A DNA stretch of 62,690 nucleotides, the filler included, from Stramenopiles sp. TOSAG23-6 (Eukaryota): NCBI GenBank assembly GCA_900128565.1. It is 8 parts of 8 records of this genome, joined end to end, with 100 filler letters (N's around TTAATTAATTAA, not from the genome) between each part and the next. Parts side by side here need not be neighbours in the genome. Positions count along the whole stretch, not along the records: positions 59,853 to 61,221 come from LT639158.1; positions 61,322 to 62,690 come from LT639159.1; 6 more parts are not named here. One strand, written 5' to 3'. This document shows positions 59,897 through 62,690 of the stretch, in pieces. Numbering within the stretch: position 1 is the first letter of the stretch; each line of letters starts with the position of its first letter. A program made the position numbers and the translations under genes. The notes beneath the pieces were generated by a model, which did no database searches, was not told the origin of the DNA, and was given only the letters and a program-made list of their open reading frames with translations.

Positions 59897-61108
59897 TGTG
59901 GAATGCCCAGTTTGAGCATTATAGTAGTATGTATATCCAGTTCCATCTTCCTTTAATTCTTGCCACATTCGTATTATAGCTCTTGCATTTGATTGCATTT
60001 TAGCTGCTGCATTATTTTCATCTTTTTTATCTAAATACATATATTGTAAAAAATACTAAATTCTAAAAAAAAAATTAGGTACAAATTTTTTTGAAAAAAC
60101 TAAAAAAAAAATTAGGTAATAATAATAATGTTTCATAATGAAAATGTACGCTCTTAATTTTAACATATTATCAATAGCATACTTCAAATGGTCTAACACT
60201 TCTTTGGCTTCTTCTTTCATACATGTATTTGGAAAAATATTTCAAAAAAATTCTAAAAAATTTGTTAGGTACAAAATTTCCTATAAAAAAAAAATTCGAT
60301 TTTTTGTTAAAAAAAAAAATAAAACATACACCACTTCTTTTCTAATGCTTCTAGTAAAAAATCTTCTTCCCCAAGATTGGTTTCAATAATTGAATCCACT
60401 TTATCAACGCCTTGAGGTGCAACAGTTGAATAAAATGATACTAAAGCTTGCCTATACTTCTCACGCATTGCATCCATATCTTGTAATCGATCTTTCTCTG
60501 CAGCAATTGCTGTTTCTTCCAATGTCATCTGGTCTAACCAATCTTCATCCACATATTTCATTAGCATCCAAGTGTTTAATTTTGTGTTATAAATTTGAAC
60601 TCGATTTCCGTTATTTTTGAGTGACATCCACTCATGATCACCATCAGCATATTCCACACGATGCTTACGCTTCTTGGCGTTATATTTTAATAAGGTACCT
60701 GGATACCACGTTTCTTCTGCTGGCCAGAATACTTTGACATGGCAATTGAGTAAACTTCGAGGGAAATCGTGTGCATTGGGTGGTTTTTCATATGTTTTTT
60801 CGTTACGAGAGGGAGAAAACCAAAACTCTAAATTCATATAATCATCAAAATGATGTTGCCAATCATTTTCCATTTCATAATCGCTTGCCGATTCTTCAGC
60901 ACTATCATGCTCATCAAGAAATCGATCACGTCGTCTCTTGGCATCAATCAGCCCTTTTTCCCGGTTTAATTTTGCACGATCTTTCGCTAATAAATGTTTC
61001 AAAGAAAACCAAGATGGAGCAGTTAATCGTCTATAAAATGCTTGAATTATTGCAGCAGCAACAGTCTTGCGTTGATGCTCCTTTAGTAACTTCTTGAACT
61101 GTCTCCTT
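59897..61108 (-). CDS. Internal fragment of a WW/Tudor-like/IQ protein (both ends truncated), two complete introns
   Basis: VKVFWPAEETWYPGTLLKY...HRVEYADGDHEW (Tudor-like) and WQELKEDGTGYTYYYN (WW). Confidence 0.7.
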
Positions 61109-61321
61109 CATGTATTTTGGAAAAATATTTTTAAAAAAAAATCATTAGGTACAAAATTTCGTACGAAAAAAAAAATGTTTTTTGCTTTAGGTACGAAATT
61201 TCGTACGAAAACCAAAAAAAANNNNNNNNNNNNNNNNNNNNNNNNNNNNNNNNNNNNNNNNNNNNTTAATTAATTAANNNNNNNNNNNNNNNNNNNNNNN
61301 NNNNNNNNNNNNNNNNNNNNN

Positions 61322-62690
61322 TGTTTATTATTTTGATGTTCAGAAATATGTGCAGATACAACATATGCTGCATACAATTGAACAATTTGTTTCACTCTAT
61401 TTTGACAAAAGTATAATACATTTCGAATTTCTATTGGTAATAAAGCATCTCGTTGTTGTGCATCATTTGAATTGAGACTTTGATTACCTATAACAAAGTT
61501 TGGTGCAATCATTCGAGAATGTTGTTCAATATTTTTTACTTTTTTTGAGTGAAACAATTTGAATAAATTTTGTATACTTTGACTCATTTTTGTACATTTT
61601 CGAGTATTTTGCTGAATATTAATCCTTTGTGTAGATATTTTACGTTCAATTTGATCAACATTTGATTGAAGATCTTTCACAAGGATAGAAGATTTTACCT
61701 TTTTTTGTTTATGTTGCTTTTCATTTTCATTCATATTTGTTTCTAAAGATAAAATGGCCTTTTGAATTTGTATGTTATCCAAATCTAATTTTTGTAATAC
61801 TTCAAATTTAAGCATTTTATTTTGTTCAATTTCTAAAATACTTTGAACCAATTCATCAACAGTTTCAATACCAGTCGATTTGCTGATGTTTATCCACATA
61901 TTTTTATGATGTTCAATCTTATTATCCATTATTGAAGTATCTGTATCTGTATCATATTTTGTAAAAAAATATTTTTTTTTTTTTTTTTGGTTAGGTTAGA
62001 TTAGGTTAGGTATGAAATTTCGTAATAAAAAAAAAATAAAGAAAAATAAATGTTAAAAATGTTGAAAATGTACATTTGGTGCACATTGACTTTTTGTTGA
62101 TTTGAGAGTTTTCACTGAACTTTTTTTTCCTTTCTTATTTTGTTTTGCTAATTTTCTTTTTATATCATTTTTCTCTTTTTCAATTTTTGCCTCATCTAAA
62201 ATTTTCTGATCACGTCGGAGAGAATTTAACTCCATTTCTAATACTTTTTTTTGTGTAACAAAATGTTTCTGAATACTTTCAATTTTTCTCTCCGCAATGT
62301 CACGTGCATTATACATTGAATGAAGAGAATATTTTGCATTTTCTAGAGATTTATTTGCAGCAATGACTTGTTTTTTTGAATCTTCAAAAGCATTATAATA
62401 CAACATTTTTTCTGTTCTGAGGTAATTGATTTGTTTTTTATACTCCTGAATTTTACTGATCATCATTGACAAAGTTTTTTTCTCATTTACTGTTCGACGT
62501 TCACTGACATCTAATAAACGCTGTACATGTATTATGAAAAAATATTTTTTTTGTAATTTTTTTGTTAGGTACAAAATTTCGTACGAAAAAAAAATTTAGA
62601 TAAAAAATTGAAAAAAAATAAAACGTATATGACGTCGTTCTCTTTCCTCTGCCCATGTACCAAGAGCATACCCTTTTTGTTGTACTGCAA
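61322..62690 (-). CDS. Coiled-coil fragment resembling the outer dynein arm docking complex (ODA-DC2/CCDC114-like)
   Basis: Long coiled coil with STGIETVDELVQSILEIEQNKMLKFEVLQKL; two family introns. Confidence 0.55.

Overview
AT-rich, gene-dense eukaryotic nuclear DNA from a protist, probably flagellated and possibly a stramenopile (taxonomy is inferred from gene content). The window is eight contigs joined by N-TTAATTAATTAA-N linkers and sorted by length, so genes across a linker are not neighbours. About 30 protein-coding genes or fragments are recognisable: an M20 deacetylase, AOX, a CBP-like TAZ protein, a RAMA-domain protein, a TrmH-type methylase, KNL2/M18BP1, an RCC1-repeat protein, a cation/H+ antiporter, KBL, VPS33, a PiT transporter, GDT1, TRRAP, NUFIP1, a GT2 glycosyltransferase, RPL19, a UBR E3 ligase, a TMEM144-like transporter and an ODA docking-complex subunit. 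The main observation is one repeated family of short introns (introner-like): GTAYGTTTT...TTTCRTACGAAATTTTGTACCTAAC...TTTTGAAATATTTTTCCAAAATACAT. Its 3' splice site is usually not AG. Of about 48 junctions I resolved by hand from reading-frame and protein-motif continuity, about 38 end in AT, 6 in AG, and one each in AC, AA, CT and TT. Two also have non-GT donors. This points to an intron-proliferation system coupled to a spliceosome that does not need AG. Splicing is inferred from DNA only and needs RNA-seq.
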